Assembly: GCF_000016745.1 (NCBI RefSeq)
Contig: NC_009483.1
Span: 3,330,001 to 3,362,000 of the forward strand
DNA length: 32,000 nt
Direction of reading: 5' to 3'
DNA from: Geotalea uraniireducens Rf4
Lineage (GTDB): Bacteria; Desulfobacterota; Desulfuromonadia; Geobacterales; Geobacteraceae
Part shown: one piece after another, positions 1 through 9,161 of the stretch
Layout of the letters: each line of letters begins with the position of its first letter
Position numbering within the stretch: the first letter of the stretch is position 1
Program-made: the position numbers and the translations under genes
The notes under the pieces: generated by a model
Told to the model about the DNA's origin: nothing
Databases searched by the model: none
What the model saw: only the letters and a program-made list of their open reading frames with translations

Positions 1-813
1 AAACAACCGCAGACCACAGCCAAACAGCATCTTGACAACTAGATTGTATGGATGGGAGAGCTGCTCCAGAATGGCGTCGATTTCCAGTCGGGAAAGCACC
101 GCCGGGATATAAAGTGACTTTTTCGCCCGCGGCACGTCTCGCAGCTCGCCGAAATCTCTTTGCAAGGCATGGCGGAAGAGAAACAGCAGGGAGTTGAATG
201 CCTGATTCTGGGTTGAGGCCGCGACATGGCATTTAACCGCCAGATAGGTCAGGTATTCCTTCACATCTGCGGTTGACAGCTCTTGCGGTGGCTTGTTCTT
301 CAGAAAGCGCTGGAACTGCCTCGACCAAAGTGCGTAAGTTTTCAAGGTTTTGCGGGAATAATGGCGCACCTTGATCTCCTCTGCCAGTTTCTCCAAAACC
401 GCATCCCACTCTGAGGAGTCGGACTTATCCTGGTACCCTGCCGGAGTATAAAAGGATTTGCGCTTGTATGCAGCCGGGATTTGCGGCAGATCAGAAACCG
501 GGTTTAACGATGACTGCGAATCTGTCCCATCGGCTGTTTCTTTACTAAGCATTTCCAGGCTTAGCATTTCAAAATATAGAAAAACGGCATGGATAGCCTG
601 CTGACGCTGCTGTGCCGTCTGCTTCTTTTCTAGTAACTTTTCTCCGAACAGACGAATTCGCTCTTTTTTAGACTCTGGTAGTGGATATTTAGAACAGAAA
701 TCGAGGAAATACCGCAACCATTTCTTGTATTCGTTATATCGGGAGGGTTGGATTTCCTTTTTGTTGAGGATCGCCTCAAATTGGCTCATAACAGCATTCG
801 GAATAGTAATCAT
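1..813 (-). CDS. intI: Integron-type tyrosine recombinase (IntI-like), N-terminal 271 codons; the 3' part lies beyond the left window edge
   Basis: The minus-strand frame is open from the ATG (complement of 811-813) to position 1. It is absent from the ORF track because it runs off the window. The translation is MITIPNAVMSQFEAILNKK...KVRHYSRKTLKTYALWSRQFQRFLKNKPPQELSTADVKEYLTYLAV..VAASTQNQAFNSLLFLFRHAL..RAKKSLYIPAVLSRLEIDAIL..LFGCGLRLF. The YSxKT..Y..W, STQNQA.N.LLFL and GLRL blocks match what I know of integron integrases. The gene is divergent from an attC-like array. The IntI-specific insertion lies outside the window. Confidence 0.75.
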   Translation of the reverse strand, partial: MITIPNAVMSQFEAILNKKEIQPSRYNEYKKWLRYFLDFCSKYPLPESKKERIRLFGEKLLEKKQTAQQRQQAIHAVFLYFEMLSLEMLSKETADGTDSQSSLNPVSDLPQIPAAYKRKSFYTPAGYQDKSDSSEWDAVLEKLAEEIKVRHYSRKTLKTYALWSRQFQRFLKNKPPQELSTADVKEYLTYLAVKCHVAASTQNQAFNSLLFLFRHALQRDFGELRDVPRAKKSLYIPAVLSRLEIDAILEQLSHPYNLVVKMLFGCGLRLF

Positions 814-960
814 TTATCGGCTCCAAGTTGAGAAGGCTCTCAGCTCAACGACGTCAGGTTGTCACATGTCATCCCTATCAAAAATACTTTGATGGTGTCA
901 ATAGGATACATTAATAAAAACAATTTGCATCAGCTTCTATTATGTTATAAGTTGCCTGAA
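814..960 (+). other. Candidate attI region (integrase-proximal recombination site plus a possible cassette promoter)
   Basis: This is the 174-bp spacer between the intI start and the first plus-strand ORF. It has three TGTCA motifs (859-900) and two GTT cores just upstream of the first ORF, GTTATAA (944-950) and GTTGCCT (951-957). GTTATAA resembles the GTTATGY R' cores of downstream sites. A sigma70-like pair is possible: TTGATG (889-894), 17 nt, TAATAA (912-917). The exact crossover point is not determinable by eye. Confidence 0.3.
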
Positions 961-986
961 TTAATAGGGCATTTCGGAGTGAGAGA

Positions 987-1373
987 ATGAAGACTCGGCT
1001 TAAATTGAAACCTGGTCAGAAAGGGACCAAAGGGCTTGTTGATGTCTATGGTGATGCTTTGGTTTGTGTTCGATACAGGTATGACGAGGAAAGTTGCTCA
1101 CGAATAAAAACTGTGGAGATCATTGTAGAGAAAAAGGACTGGACTCCCCCGAAACCGAGGTTTGCCGACGATGAGCTTGTTCCGGTGCGAATCGCATACA
1201 CTGAAAGCGAATTGAAAAGTATGGCAAAGTTGGCTGGCGGCAGGTGGGACCCGGGAAAAAGGTTATGGTCCATCCAGTTCGGAACGATTAAAGGCACAAA
1301 ACTGGAAAAGCATATAGTAATAGATGCCAAATTGGATAATGGAATAAATGAAAAAACAGGCAAAAGCATATAA
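987..1373 (+). CDS. Hypothetical 128-aa protein (first cassette ORF); C-terminal AKLAGGRWDPGKRLW motif
   Basis: Intact ORF with a GGAG Shine-Dalgarno about 6 nt upstream of the ATG. The ...ELKSMAKLAGGRWDPGKRLWSI... segment resembles the small AK.(A/G)G.(R)WD...K.W module seen at the ends of some primase/topoisomerase-associated proteins (DUF5710-like, from memory). Function unknown. Confidence 0.65.
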   Translation: MKTRLKLKPGQKGTKGLVDVYGDALVCVRYRYDEESCSRIKTVEIIVEKKDWTPPKPRFADDELVPVRIAYTESELKSMAKLAGGRWDPGKRLWSIQFGTIKGTKLEKHIVIDAKLDNGINEKTGKSI

Positions 1374-1449
1374 TATTAGATACCTTACAGGCATATAATA
1401 CTAGATGCTGGCATATAGTATTATAAACAAGCATCTAATAATAGATGCC
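1310..1449. repeat. Array of five 19-bp palindromic sites, consensus GCATMTA-RTAW-TAGATGC
   Basis: Copies lie at 1310-1328 (gcatatagtaatagatgcc, inside the 3' end of the CDS), 1366-1384, 1391-1409, 1411-1429 (degenerate right half) and 1431-1449. The last, gcatctaataatagatgcc, is a perfect 7-bp inverted repeat around ATAA. The last three are phased exactly 20 bp apart. Confidence 0.85.
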
Positions 1450-1528
1450 ACATGCTAACTGCTCAATAACACGTTGAGCAAATAATATAAAGAAATTAGG
1501 ATGTTACGCCACTTTATGAGGCTAACGA

Positions 1529-2704
1529 ATGACATTACAGCAGATCATAGCGCGTGGATACGAACAGAGAACAGCGAACAAGCCGTTGCCACCGTATATG
1601 TGGAAGGCCGCCGGACGAATCTCGGTTTGTCGGACGTCAACTCTTGGCGGCCACGTGCAGGCGTGCCCTGAGGGGCACGTTGAAAGGCACTGGTACAACT
1701 CCTGCCGGCACCGCGCCTGTCCCGTCTGCAACTATACTGCCACCGAACGATGGCTTGACAGCCAGAAAGAACGAATCCTCAACTGCGAACATTTTCATGT
1801 TGTTTTCACGCTGGACAGTGCGCTTGATCGCCTCTGGCTCGTCAATGTCCGGGCCATGACCAACATTCTTTTCCAGTCGGCCCGCGACACGCTCTTTGAA
1901 CTTTTGGGTGACGATAAATACCTGGGCGCCGAACCGGGCGTGATCATGGCGCGCCATACCTGGGGGCAGATGCTCGGCCTTCATCCGCATGTTCACTGCC
2001 TGGTATCGGGGGGCGGCCTGACCCAGAGCGGTGAATGGCGCAGTGTCGCCAACGGCTATCTGCTACCGGTGCGGGTCGTGCGCTCCCTGTTCTGCGGCAA
2101 GTTCCTCGATGCAATTCGCCGCGGAGTTGAGCGGGCAGAGCTGACCGTGCCGGATGGCGAGCGACCGCAGCAGGTTTTGAACCTGCTCAACAAGCTCGGC
2201 CGCAAGAAGTGGAATGTCTGCATCCGGGAGCGCTACGCGCACGGCAACGGTGTCTTGACCTACCTCGGCCGGTACTTGCGCGGCGGAGCCATTTCGAACC
2301 GCCGAATCATTTCGTCCGACGAAGAGCAGGTGCGTTTCCGCTACAAGGATTATCGCGAAGAAAGTGAGAGCGGCGGCAAGAAGTGCAAAACGATGGAGCT
2401 TAGCGTCAATGACTTTGTGCGCCGGGTGCTGCTGCATGTCCCGGAACCGGGCCACAAGGTGGTGCGTTCATACGGATTGTACGCGGGAAGCCGGCGCCAG
2501 GCCCTTGACCGCTGCCGGGAATTACTCGGGCAAGAACCGGTACAGGAGCCGAAGGCGCGCACATGGCAGGAATGCGTGGCGGGACTGGGAGAGACAAACC
2601 CCGGCCAATGCCCGGTATGCGGCTCACGGCTGGTGCAACGGGAGGTGTTTCGTCCGGAGTTCAGGGGCGAGACAAGGAAGTTTCCAATGAAAGAGGCGGC
2701 ATGA
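1529..2704 (+). CDS. IS91-family (Y2 HUH rolling-circle) transposase, apparently intact (391 aa)
   Basis: N-terminal Cys/His zinc-binding region (CRTSTLGGHVQACPEGH...YNSCRHRACPVC). HTWGQMLGLHPHVHCLVSGGGL is the HUH block and YLGRYLRGG is the double-Tyr block. There is a C-terminal CPVCG. The layout is typical of IS91/IS801-like transposases. Confidence 0.9.
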   Translation: MTLQQIIARGYEQRTANKPLPPYMWKAAGRISVCRTSTLGGHVQACPEGHVERHWYNSCRHRACPVCNYTATERWLDSQKERILNCEHFHVVFTLDSALDRLWLVNVRAMTNILFQSARDTLFELLGDDKYLGAEPGVIMARHTWGQMLGLHPHVHCLVSGGGLTQSGEWRSVANGYLLPVRVVRSLFCGKFLDAIRRGVERAELTVPDGERPQQVLNLLNKLGRKKWNVCIRERYAHGNGVLTYLGRYLRGGAISNRRIISSDEEQVRFRYKDYREESESGGKKCKTMELSVNDFVRRVLLHVPEPGHKVVRSYGLYAGSRRQALDRCRELLGQEPVQEPKARTWQECVAGLGETNPGQCPVCGSRLVQREVFRPEFRGETRKFPMKEAA

Positions 2705-3113
2705 GCAGGCAGCAAGAAGTGACTGACGATCAGCAGCCGGTGATGACGCATGCCTTAAAGACAGGAAAAACGAAGCTTCTGGGAGAGTCAAAGGCAAATC
2801 ACACCACCAAACCCGCCCAAGACAAGGAAGATTTCAGCGACGGCAACAATTTACTGACAAAAAAACCGTAAATCAGCTCTGGCGGTGACGAGAAAACTCC
2901 ATAGACCACAAAGAAAAAGCTCAACACTCGGATGGAACAGACGCGCCGATCAAGATCGCCGCTAAAGGCATGTTTTGGGGCGGCTTGCTGTTCATCCTCT
3001 AAAACGTTGAACTAAACCGCTTCGCGGTAGCTAAAAACCAATAAAGTCAAAGGCATAAAGGCGAATTAAAAGCAAATCCGAATTAAAACCGAAAATAAAC
3101 CCAAGACCCACTT

Positions 3114-3144
3114 AGGCAGCTTCTTATGAGGCTGCCTTTTTTTA
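3114..3144 (+). terminator. Stem-loop plus T-run (intrinsic-terminator-like; could also be an IS91-family end hairpin)
   Basis: AGGCAGC (3114-3120), a 10-nt loop, GCTGCCT (3131-3137), then TTTTTTT. It sits between the first IS91-type transposase and the recombinase gene. Confidence 0.5.
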
Positions 3145-3222
3145 TTGCCAAATCGAGACTACTCCTTTCATCGTACGTTTCACGGCCTGAGGGCCGAAAA
3201 ACCAAGAAAAGGAGAAACAATC

Positions 3223-4062
3223 ATGACTGACTTGCGACGAAGGATGATGGAAGATCTGCAACTTGCCGGGTACAGTGCGAGGACGCAGAAGAGCTACCTC
3301 GATGCAGTACGGGGACTGGCCAAGTATTACATGCGCTCCCCTGACCTGCTGTCGGAAGACGATGTACGCGGTTTCTTCCTGCACCTGCTCAAAGTGCGCA
3401 AAGCCGCCCGGAGCACCTTCACCATTTACCTGAGCGGTATCAAGTTCTTCTTTGAAACAACATTGCAGCGCAAGTGGAGTGTCTTTGGCATTACCAAACC
3501 GGCCAAGAGCAAACGGCTGCCGGTCGTGCTCTCCCGGAAAGAGGTCAGAACCTTACTTAAGAGCATCAAGAACCCAAGAGTAAAGATGGCGCTCACCATC
3601 ATCTATGCCTGCGGCCTGCGGCTCTCCGAAGGGGCACGGCTCAAGGTAAAGGACATCGACAGCGGCAGAAAGCTCCTCTGGGTGCGGGACGGCAAAGGCA
3701 TGAAAGACCGCTGTGTCCCCTTACCCAAAAGGCCACTGGAGCTACTGCAGACACACTATCGGCTTTTTGGCGCAGGTTCAGAGTATCTCTTCCCCTCCGG
3801 GGATGGCCACATCAACATCTGCACCATCCAGACCGCCTTCAGGGTAGCGGTAAGAAAAAGCGACATCGGCAAGACGGCCACCGTCCACACCCTGCGACAT
3901 TCCTACGCCACCCATCTTCTGGAAAACGGCGAGGACAGTGCCACCCTCAAGGAGATCCTCGGTCATAGCAGCATCACCACCACCAACATCTATCTCCACA
4001 TGACGGAGATGCTCACCGGCCGCCTCGGCAAGAGCCTGAACGAGCTGATGAGCGATCTTTAG
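3223..4062 (+). CDS. Tyrosine recombinase/phage-integrase-family protein, upstream partner of an IS91-family transposase
   Basis: I prefer the ATG at 3223, preceded by AAGGAGA, over the track start at 3145. The N-terminal SAM-like block is MMEDLQLAGYSARTQKSYLDAVRGLAKYY. Catalytic blocks are ACGLRLSE (Arg), HTLRHSYATHLL (H-x-x-R) and LGHSSITTTNIYLH (His/Tyr). The stop is 2 nt before the next transposase start. Confidence 0.85.
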   Translation: MTDLRRRMMEDLQLAGYSARTQKSYLDAVRGLAKYYMRSPDLLSEDDVRGFFLHLLKVRKAARSTFTIYLSGIKFFFETTLQRKWSVFGITKPAKSKRLPVVLSRKEVRTLLKSIKNPRVKMALTIIYACGLRLSEGARLKVKDIDSGRKLLWVRDGKGMKDRCVPLPKRPLELLQTHYRLFGAGSEYLFPSGDGHINICTIQTAFRVAVRKSDIGKTATVHTLRHSYATHLLENGEDSATLKEILGHSSITTTNIYLHMTEMLTGRLGKSLNELMSDL

Positions 4063-4064
4063 CC

Positions 4065-4611
4065 GTGGTCACGCTGGCTGATATCGTCACTGTTCATGGC
4101 GGCGACTATCTGCAGGAGTTCGGCACAAGGATACTCCCCAGCCACAAAAGGGCACTGGCAGATATTGTCGCCTGCCGCACCGAAAGCATGGGAGGACACG
4201 TCGATGAGTGTGAAGATTGCGGCCATCAACAATACCTCTACCACTCCTGCAAAAACAGAAGCTGCCCCAAGTGCCACGGCAGTGAGACCAGAATCTGGCT
4301 GACCAAGAGAGAAGGCGAACTCCTGCCGGTACGCTACTTTCATCTGGTCTTCACCCTTCCGTCAGAACTGCGGGACCCGGTACGCAAACACCAGAAGGTA
4401 CTCTACGCCATCCTCATGCAGGCAGCAGTGGAAACCCTCACCGCAATCGGACTCGATCCCAAGTTCGTCGGCGGCAAACTCGGCATCCTCGCCGTCCTGC
4501 ATACCTGGACAAGAGCTCTGGAGCACCATCCCCACGTGCATATGCTGGTCCCCGCCGGCGGACTTGATAAAGACGGCCAATGGCGGGAGTCCCGCAAGAA
4601 GTACCTCGTGC
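4065..4611 (+). pseudogene. IS91-family transposase, N-terminal fragment (split by an IS21 insertion)
   Basis: GTG start. Contains the CRTESMGGHVDECEDCGH..YHSCKNRSCPKCHG zinc region and HTWTRALEHHPHVHMLVPAGGL. The reading frame leaves the gene at 4611/4612, where the IS21 terminal repeat begins. Confidence 0.85.
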
Positions 4612-4678
4612 TGTCAATCGGCTTTGAATTTTGACCCACCATCGGCGTCCAATTTTGACCCACCCCAGGTAGTAGTTT

Positions 4679-5416
4679 TCAGTTATTGATCCTCGTTCTG
4701 ATTCTCCAGCTTTCGTTTCCGGTTTCGATTATCTCGCAGTGATGCGTGACCCTGTCCAGGAGAGCTGTCGTCATCTTGCCATCGCTGAACACCTGCGGCC
4801 ATTCACCGAAGGTCAGGTTTGTGGTGATGATGAGCGACGTCCTCTCGTAGAGCTTCGAGATCAGGTGGAACAGAAGCTGGCCGCCATTCTTGGAGAACGG
4901 CAGGTATCCCAGTTCATCAAGTATGACCAGGTCATGCCTGACCAGGTGTTCCGCCAGTTTACCACCTCTGTTGTCCAGTTTCTCCTGCTCAAGCTGGTTT
5001 ACCAGATCCAGTACGTTGAAGAACCTGGCTTTCCTTCCGTTTCTGATGCTCTGCTTGGCAATCGCTATGGCCAGGTGTGTTTTGCCGGTACCGGTGCCAC
5101 CGACCATGATGATGTTGGTGTGATCAGCGAGAAAGTTACCACTGTAAAGGTGCCTCACCTGCATCTCATTGACCGGTGAGGCCGTAAATTCAAACCGGTC
5201 CAGATCCTTATCCACGGGGAACTTCGCCAAGCCCATGCGATAGCGGATGCTTCTAGCCTTGCGCTCTGCCATCTCCGTTTCCAGAAGATCACAGAGGATC
5301 TTCTCCGGAGTGGCCCGGCTTTTTATGCCTGCCGCCAGTAGCTCGTCGAAGGTGGCCTTCATGCCGTACAGCCCAAGTGTTTCCATCGCCTCCATCAGGC
5401 GGTCACGCAGTACCAT
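4679..5416 (-). CDS. istB: IS21-family helper ATPase IstB
   Basis: Contains [19 protein letters not shown]..., Walker [12 protein letters not shown] and Walker [11 protein letters not shown] prefer the ATG at 5416 (GGGAGG 5 nt upstream), which overlaps the istA stop by 14 nt. The track start at 5458 is probably too long. Confidence 0.88.
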   Translation of the reverse strand: MVLRDRLMEAMETLGLYGMKATFDELLAAGIKSRATPEKILCDLLETEMAERKARSIRYRMGLAKFPVDKDLDRFEFTASPVNEMQVRHLYSGNFLADHTNIIMVGGTGTGKTHLAIAIAKQSIRNGRKARFFNVLDLVNQLEQEKLDNRGGKLAEHLVRHDLVILDELGYLPFSKNGGQLLFHLISKLYERTSLIITTNLTFGEWPQVFSDGKMTTALLDRVTHHCEIIETGNESWRIRTRINN

Positions 5417-6923
5417 GCGCACCTCCCGAGAGGAGGCGGTCATAGCGGTAACAATCAACCACCGGGACCAGCTTGAGAAGCGGCAGTTGTGCTGACAGTT
5501 TCACTGGTTCCGGTTGCGGCTCGTCGTGTGTGCGGGACAGGATGCTGAGGATGACATCACTGCTGACCGTTTTATCGGAGAGAGCCTGCGTACAGGCAGT
5601 GGCTACTGCTTCCAGTCCGTAGCGGCTGACGACAGAGAGGATGCCGACGAACTGGCGGTCACCACCAGAACGTCCTTCCAATATTGTCCTGACTTCGCTC
5701 ATAGCTTCCGGCAGATCCCATCGTTTGAAGGGCGCTCCGTTTCGTAATGCTCCCGGCTTCTGCTCCAGAACAGCCAGATAGTGCCAGGGATCATAGATGA
5801 CTTTGTCACGGCCAAGATTGCGCTGGTGAACGCCGACAACTGTGCCATTCAGAATCATGCTGACATGGTTGGCGTATGCCCGCACCGAGACCGATTTGCC
5901 TACGGCCATAGCATTGACGCTGTAACGGTTGCGATCAAAGCTGATCAGCAGTTGCGATGAGACACGGACAAAGCTTTCCTGGTAGCCGTCGAAAGGAGAT
6001 ACCGGAAGTGCCAAGAGTTTGGTCTTCTCTTCGGCAAAGACCTGGTCAATGGTTCTCTCCTTGAACTCAGGATGCTTTGCTGTGGCGGCGTGATTGCGGC
6101 ATTCACCTTCCAGCCATTCGTTCAGCTCCTCAAGGGAGGCAAAGCGTCGGCGCTGAACGAAGAAGCGGTGCCGGACCACGCCAACCTGATTCTCCACCTG
6201 TCCCTTCTCCCAGCCGGCGGCAGGGGTACAGGCCACCGGTTCGAACAGGTAGTGGGAGGCCAGGTTCTGGAAGCGCCGGTTGAAGACCCGGTCCTTGCCC
6301 ATCAGTACCTTGGTGACAACCGTTTTAAGGTTGTCGTAGATGCCGCGTTTGCAGATACCGCCAAAGAATTCGAAAGCGCGGGAATGGGCATCAAGGACCA
6401 TCTCCAAACTCTCACGGGTATACGCGACACAGAACGGCTTGCGGCTGTGGCACAGACGGAAATGGGATACCTTCACTTCTACCGGCATACCACCCAGCTC
6501 CACCTTCTCATAACTCCAGTCGAACTGGAAGGCGTCACCGGGTTCCCATTCGAGAGGGATGAAGGCTTTGACTAAAGCCGTGCCATCGTCTTCCTTCCAA
6601 GTGCCCACATAACGACGTACAGCATCATAGCCTCCGGTATACCCTTCCCGCTGCAACTGCTCAAAAAGAATCTGGGCGCGACGACGATGTTTAACGGGTT
6701 TATCACGATCTTCCTTCAACCATTCTGACAGCCGTTCAACAAAAGAGCCGAGCTTGGGGCGGGGCTGTTCACTCCGCTCATACTTTTGGTCGGTTATGCC
6801 GCTACGGATAATGGATCGGACGGTGTTGCGGGACAGGTTGAACTCGCGGGTTATCTCACGAATTCCCTTGCCGTCTCTAAAATGAGCCTGACGGACTTTA
6901 CGGATGGTTTCCACGTTCAGCAT
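5403..6923 (-). CDS. istA: IS21-family transposase IstA (506 aa)
   Basis: N-terminal HTH ([20 protein letters not shown]). DDE-type core typical of IstA. Overlaps the downstream istB start. Confidence 0.9.
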   Translation of the reverse strand: MLNVETIRKVRQAHFRDGKGIREITREFNLSRNTVRSIIRSGITDQKYERSEQPRPKLGSFVERLSEWLKEDRDKPVKHRRRAQILFEQLQREGYTGGYDAVRRYVGTWKEDDGTALVKAFIPLEWEPGDAFQFDWSYEKVELGGMPVEVKVSHFRLCHSRKPFCVAYTRESLEMVLDAHSRAFEFFGGICKRGIYDNLKTVVTKVLMGKDRVFNRRFQNLASHYLFEPVACTPAAGWEKGQVENQVGVVRHRFFVQRRRFASLEELNEWLEGECRNHAATAKHPEFKERTIDQVFAEEKTKLLALPVSPFDGYQESFVRVSSQLLISFDRNRYSVNAMAVGKSVSVRAYANHVSMILNGTVVGVHQRNLGRDKVIYDPWHYLAVLEQKPGALRNGAPFKRWDLPEAMSEVRTILEGRSGGDRQFVGILSVVSRYGLEAVATACTQALSDKTVSSDVILSILSRTHDEPQPEPVKLSAQLPLLKLVPVVDCYRYDRLLSGGAHGTA

Positions 6924-7047
6924 CTCCTTTGTTTCTCCTCTCTCTGATGAAATCAGAGAGTATGGAGCAGAGTGCTGGGGTGGGTCAATTTTGGACGCCG
7001 ATTATGCTCGAAAGTGGGTCATTATTGCACGCCGATCCACATCGTGC

Positions 7048-7619
7048 CGGTGAAAGCCCTGTCAAAGGGCTTTCGCTACCGGTTCATGAAGATGGCCAGA
7101 AAAGCACTTCCCGAGGTGATCTTTCCTGGGCAAGTCTGGGACAAGGAGTGGGTGGTCTTCTGCAAACCGACCTTCAACCGGGCAAAAAAGGTGTTCCATT
7201 ACCTTGGCAGATACGTCCACCGCATCGCCATTACCAATAACCGTATTCTTGCCCTGGATAACGGTCAGGTCGTCTTCCGCTACCAGAATTCCGACACCAG
7301 AGAGTGGAAGAATATGCGGCTACCGGTAAAGGAGTTCCTGCGTCGCTACCTGCAGCACGTCCTGCCGCAGGGGTTTCACAAGGTCCGCTACTACGGACTT
7401 TTAAGTCCAGGAAATAGAGTAACCCTGAAACGGTTGCAGCTCCTGCTTGCAGAGAGAAGAAAGACAAAAGAAGAAAAGAACGAAGAGACTTCTCCGCCAC
7501 CGGCAGAGCGCCGCTGTCCCTGCTGTGAAGAGGGGACAATGGTGATAATCAGCTGGCTGCCGCGTAAAGCGAGAAGCCCGCCGCAAGGAAGGGCACGGAC
7601 AATAACGACAAAACAGTGA
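7048..7619 (+). pseudogene. IS91-family transposase, C-terminal fragment
   Basis: Continues the 4065-4611 frame exactly once 4612-7047 is removed: ...KKYLV-P-VKALSKGFRYRF... Contains YLGRYVHRIAITNNRI (double Tyr) and a C-terminal CPCCEEG. The reconstructed protein is about 372 aa. Confidence 0.85.
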
Positions 7620-7852
7620 AAAGCAGCGCGGGACAAAACCGGCGCAACGCCACAACTGCGCCCGAAGTTGGCAAAAATTGTAAAGTCCGATGGTTAAACA
7701 AGGCAGGGAATCAGAGAAATTCTGATAAATGAGACAATCAACAACAATTCTTTATTGAATTGCCCTCATAAAACCCGTATTATCCACGCACCCAAAGACA
7801 AAAATCGGTATAAAAATCCAGATAGCACGTGCACAGGCCCGAAGACGGTTTA

Positions 7853-7918
7853 GTCCAACACGACTCTATGCGGCGGCTCCGCTTCGCTACGCACCGCATA
7901 AAGTCTTATTCGTTATGT
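7853..7918 (+). other. attC-like site A
   Basis: GTCCAAC (RYYYAAC, 7853-7859) ... CTCTATGCGGCGG / GCACCGCATAAAG imperfect 13-nt stem ... GTTATGT (7912-7918). The following cassette ends in GCATAAC, which is complementary to its GTTATG start. The outer stem pairs poorly, and the site could instead belong to the IS91-type element end. Confidence 0.4.
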
Positions 7919-7937
7919 CAGGAGAGAAAGAAAAGAA

Positions 7938-8558
7938 ATGTCTGAATATGAAGATTTCGTCAAAGATTTCCCTAAACGTTGTCAAGAGCTTTTAAACTTG
8001 GCAGAACGCCCTGCTTTAGACGCGGGCAGAGAAGTAACCTTGATGCTTATGGTGGCGGCGACTGCCCTATTTATTCCATTTGAGCGGCTGAAACCCGAAG
8101 GACGACAAGATCATCCGTCTAAGGACAAAGAGCGATTCCCACAGGCCGCTACTGAATTAAAAACATTACTCGAAAAACCTTTTACCGCGTCTGATCTTTT
8201 TGACAAAGAAGCAAAGTCATGGGCCACAGGTAGACTAAAGTCATTAGATGGGGCACCCGACGATTGGCCTGAGCTTCAGAGGTTAAAGCCAATATCTAGC
8301 GAAAAGAAAGTAAATTCGATTTTTAAGACAATACGAAATTCTTTGGCACATGGGAACCTGTATACAAGAGGTGGTAGTGAAATAAAATCTATCATATTTA
8401 TATCAACCATTGAGGATAGAGATAAGATCATCGGATTTCAGTTTGTCAGTGTATCTCCAGCTGATTTTAGATTATTTCTAACGCGTTGGTTCGAATTTTT
8501 AGATAAATTCCACATCGATCAGAAATGTGCTTTTAACGTAGTAATAAAATCTACGTAA
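7938..8558 (+). CDS. HEPN-motif protein (206 aa), first gene of a two-gene cassette
   Basis: AT-rich ORF with an AGGAGAGAAAG region upstream. ...NSIFKTIRNSLAHGNLY... gives R133-x4-H138, the Rx4-6H HEPN signature in an R-N-x-x-x-H context, within a predicted helical protein. The family assignment is unverified. Confidence 0.6.
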   Translation: MSEYEDFVKDFPKRCQELLNLAERPALDAGREVTLMLMVAATALFIPFERLKPEGRQDHPSKDKERFPQAATELKTLLEKPFTASDLFDKEAKSWATGRLKSLDGAPDDWPELQRLKPISSEKKVNSIFKTIRNSLAHGNLYTRGGSEIKSIIFISTIEDRDKIIGFQFVSVSPADFRLFLTRWFEFLDKFHIDQKCAFNVVIKST

Positions 8559-8620
8559 CCATTGATGCGATGGTTGGTATTATTTTCACAGGCAATAATA
8601 AATTTATTGGAGTGCATTAA

Positions 8621-9161
8621 ATGTTTCCGTTATCAGTTGGTGATTGGGGTAAGCATAGAACTCAAGGAAAAGTTTTAATTTCTGCCGTTAATCGATATGA
8701 AGTTTATTTTGATACTACTGGCGGAGATACAATTAGAATTTCAATGGAGCGAGCAATAGAAATGATTACTCCTCTAGGAATTGAAACTATTGATAAGAGG
8801 GGAAATATAAAAGCCAATGAGATTGAAGTTGATAATACTCTTAATTATCAAGAACATAAGCGTATGCAAGTGCCCATTCGTGAGTGGAGTAGCAGGCCAT
8901 ATCAAACTGAAGCACTTAAATCACTAAGCAGTGCTTTTAATAAATATAACCAAGTCATCCTTGCCCTTCCAACTGGTAGTGGTAAGACGTTTGTTGCCGC
9001 AAAATGGATTTGCGATCATATAATTAATTGCGGAGGTAAAGTTATTTGGGTTGCTCATAGAACTGAACTTCTTGATCAAGCCTATGCAACTTTTTTGAAA
9101 TTACTGCCCCCGCATTTATCTTCTGAAATTACTTGGTGGGCCGGGGGAAGAGAGAAGAATC
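8621..9161 (+). pseudogene. SF2 (ResIII/XPB-like DEAH) helicase, N-terminal fragment (split by ISL3)
   Basis: An unassigned ~90-aa N-terminal region, then PYQTEAL (Q-motif-like) and Walker A LPTGSGKT (8972-8989). The frame is broken at 9161/9162 by the ISL3 inverted repeat. Confidence 0.85.

Larger units (their letters stand above)
4612..7041 (-). mobile_element. IS21-family insertion sequence (2430 bp) with istA/istB
   Basis: The left end is TGTCAATCGGCTTTGAATTTTGACCCAC. The reverse complement of the right end is TGTGGATCGGCGTGCAATAATGACCCAC. Each end also has an internal repeat, ATCGGCGTCCAAWWTTGACCCACCCCAG. The element is flanked by a direct TCGTGC repeat (4606-4611 and 7042-7047). Confidence 0.85.

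Noticed and set aside
1451-1480. Short hairpin TGCTCAA-taacacg-TTGAGCA containing ATAAC..GTT, considered as an attC for the first cassette
   Set aside because: At about 29 bp it is far shorter than any functional attC, and it lacks the L''/L' stem with bulges. It is more likely a simple hairpin or part of the IS91-type left end.
2563-2871. 102-aa ORF overlapping the 3' end of the first IS91-type transposase and extending downstream
   Set aside because: Most of it overlaps the transposase gene in another frame. The remainder is Lys/Thr-rich and low in complexity, with no RBS.
1514-3133. 10-bp identical string TTATGAGGCT at 1514-1523 and 3124-3133, bracketing the first IS91-type transposase gene (possible element ends or duplication)
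   Set aside because: IS91-family elements do not make target duplications. A single 10-mer match within two regions of a few hundred bp each could be chance, and the surrounding sequence does not align convincingly.
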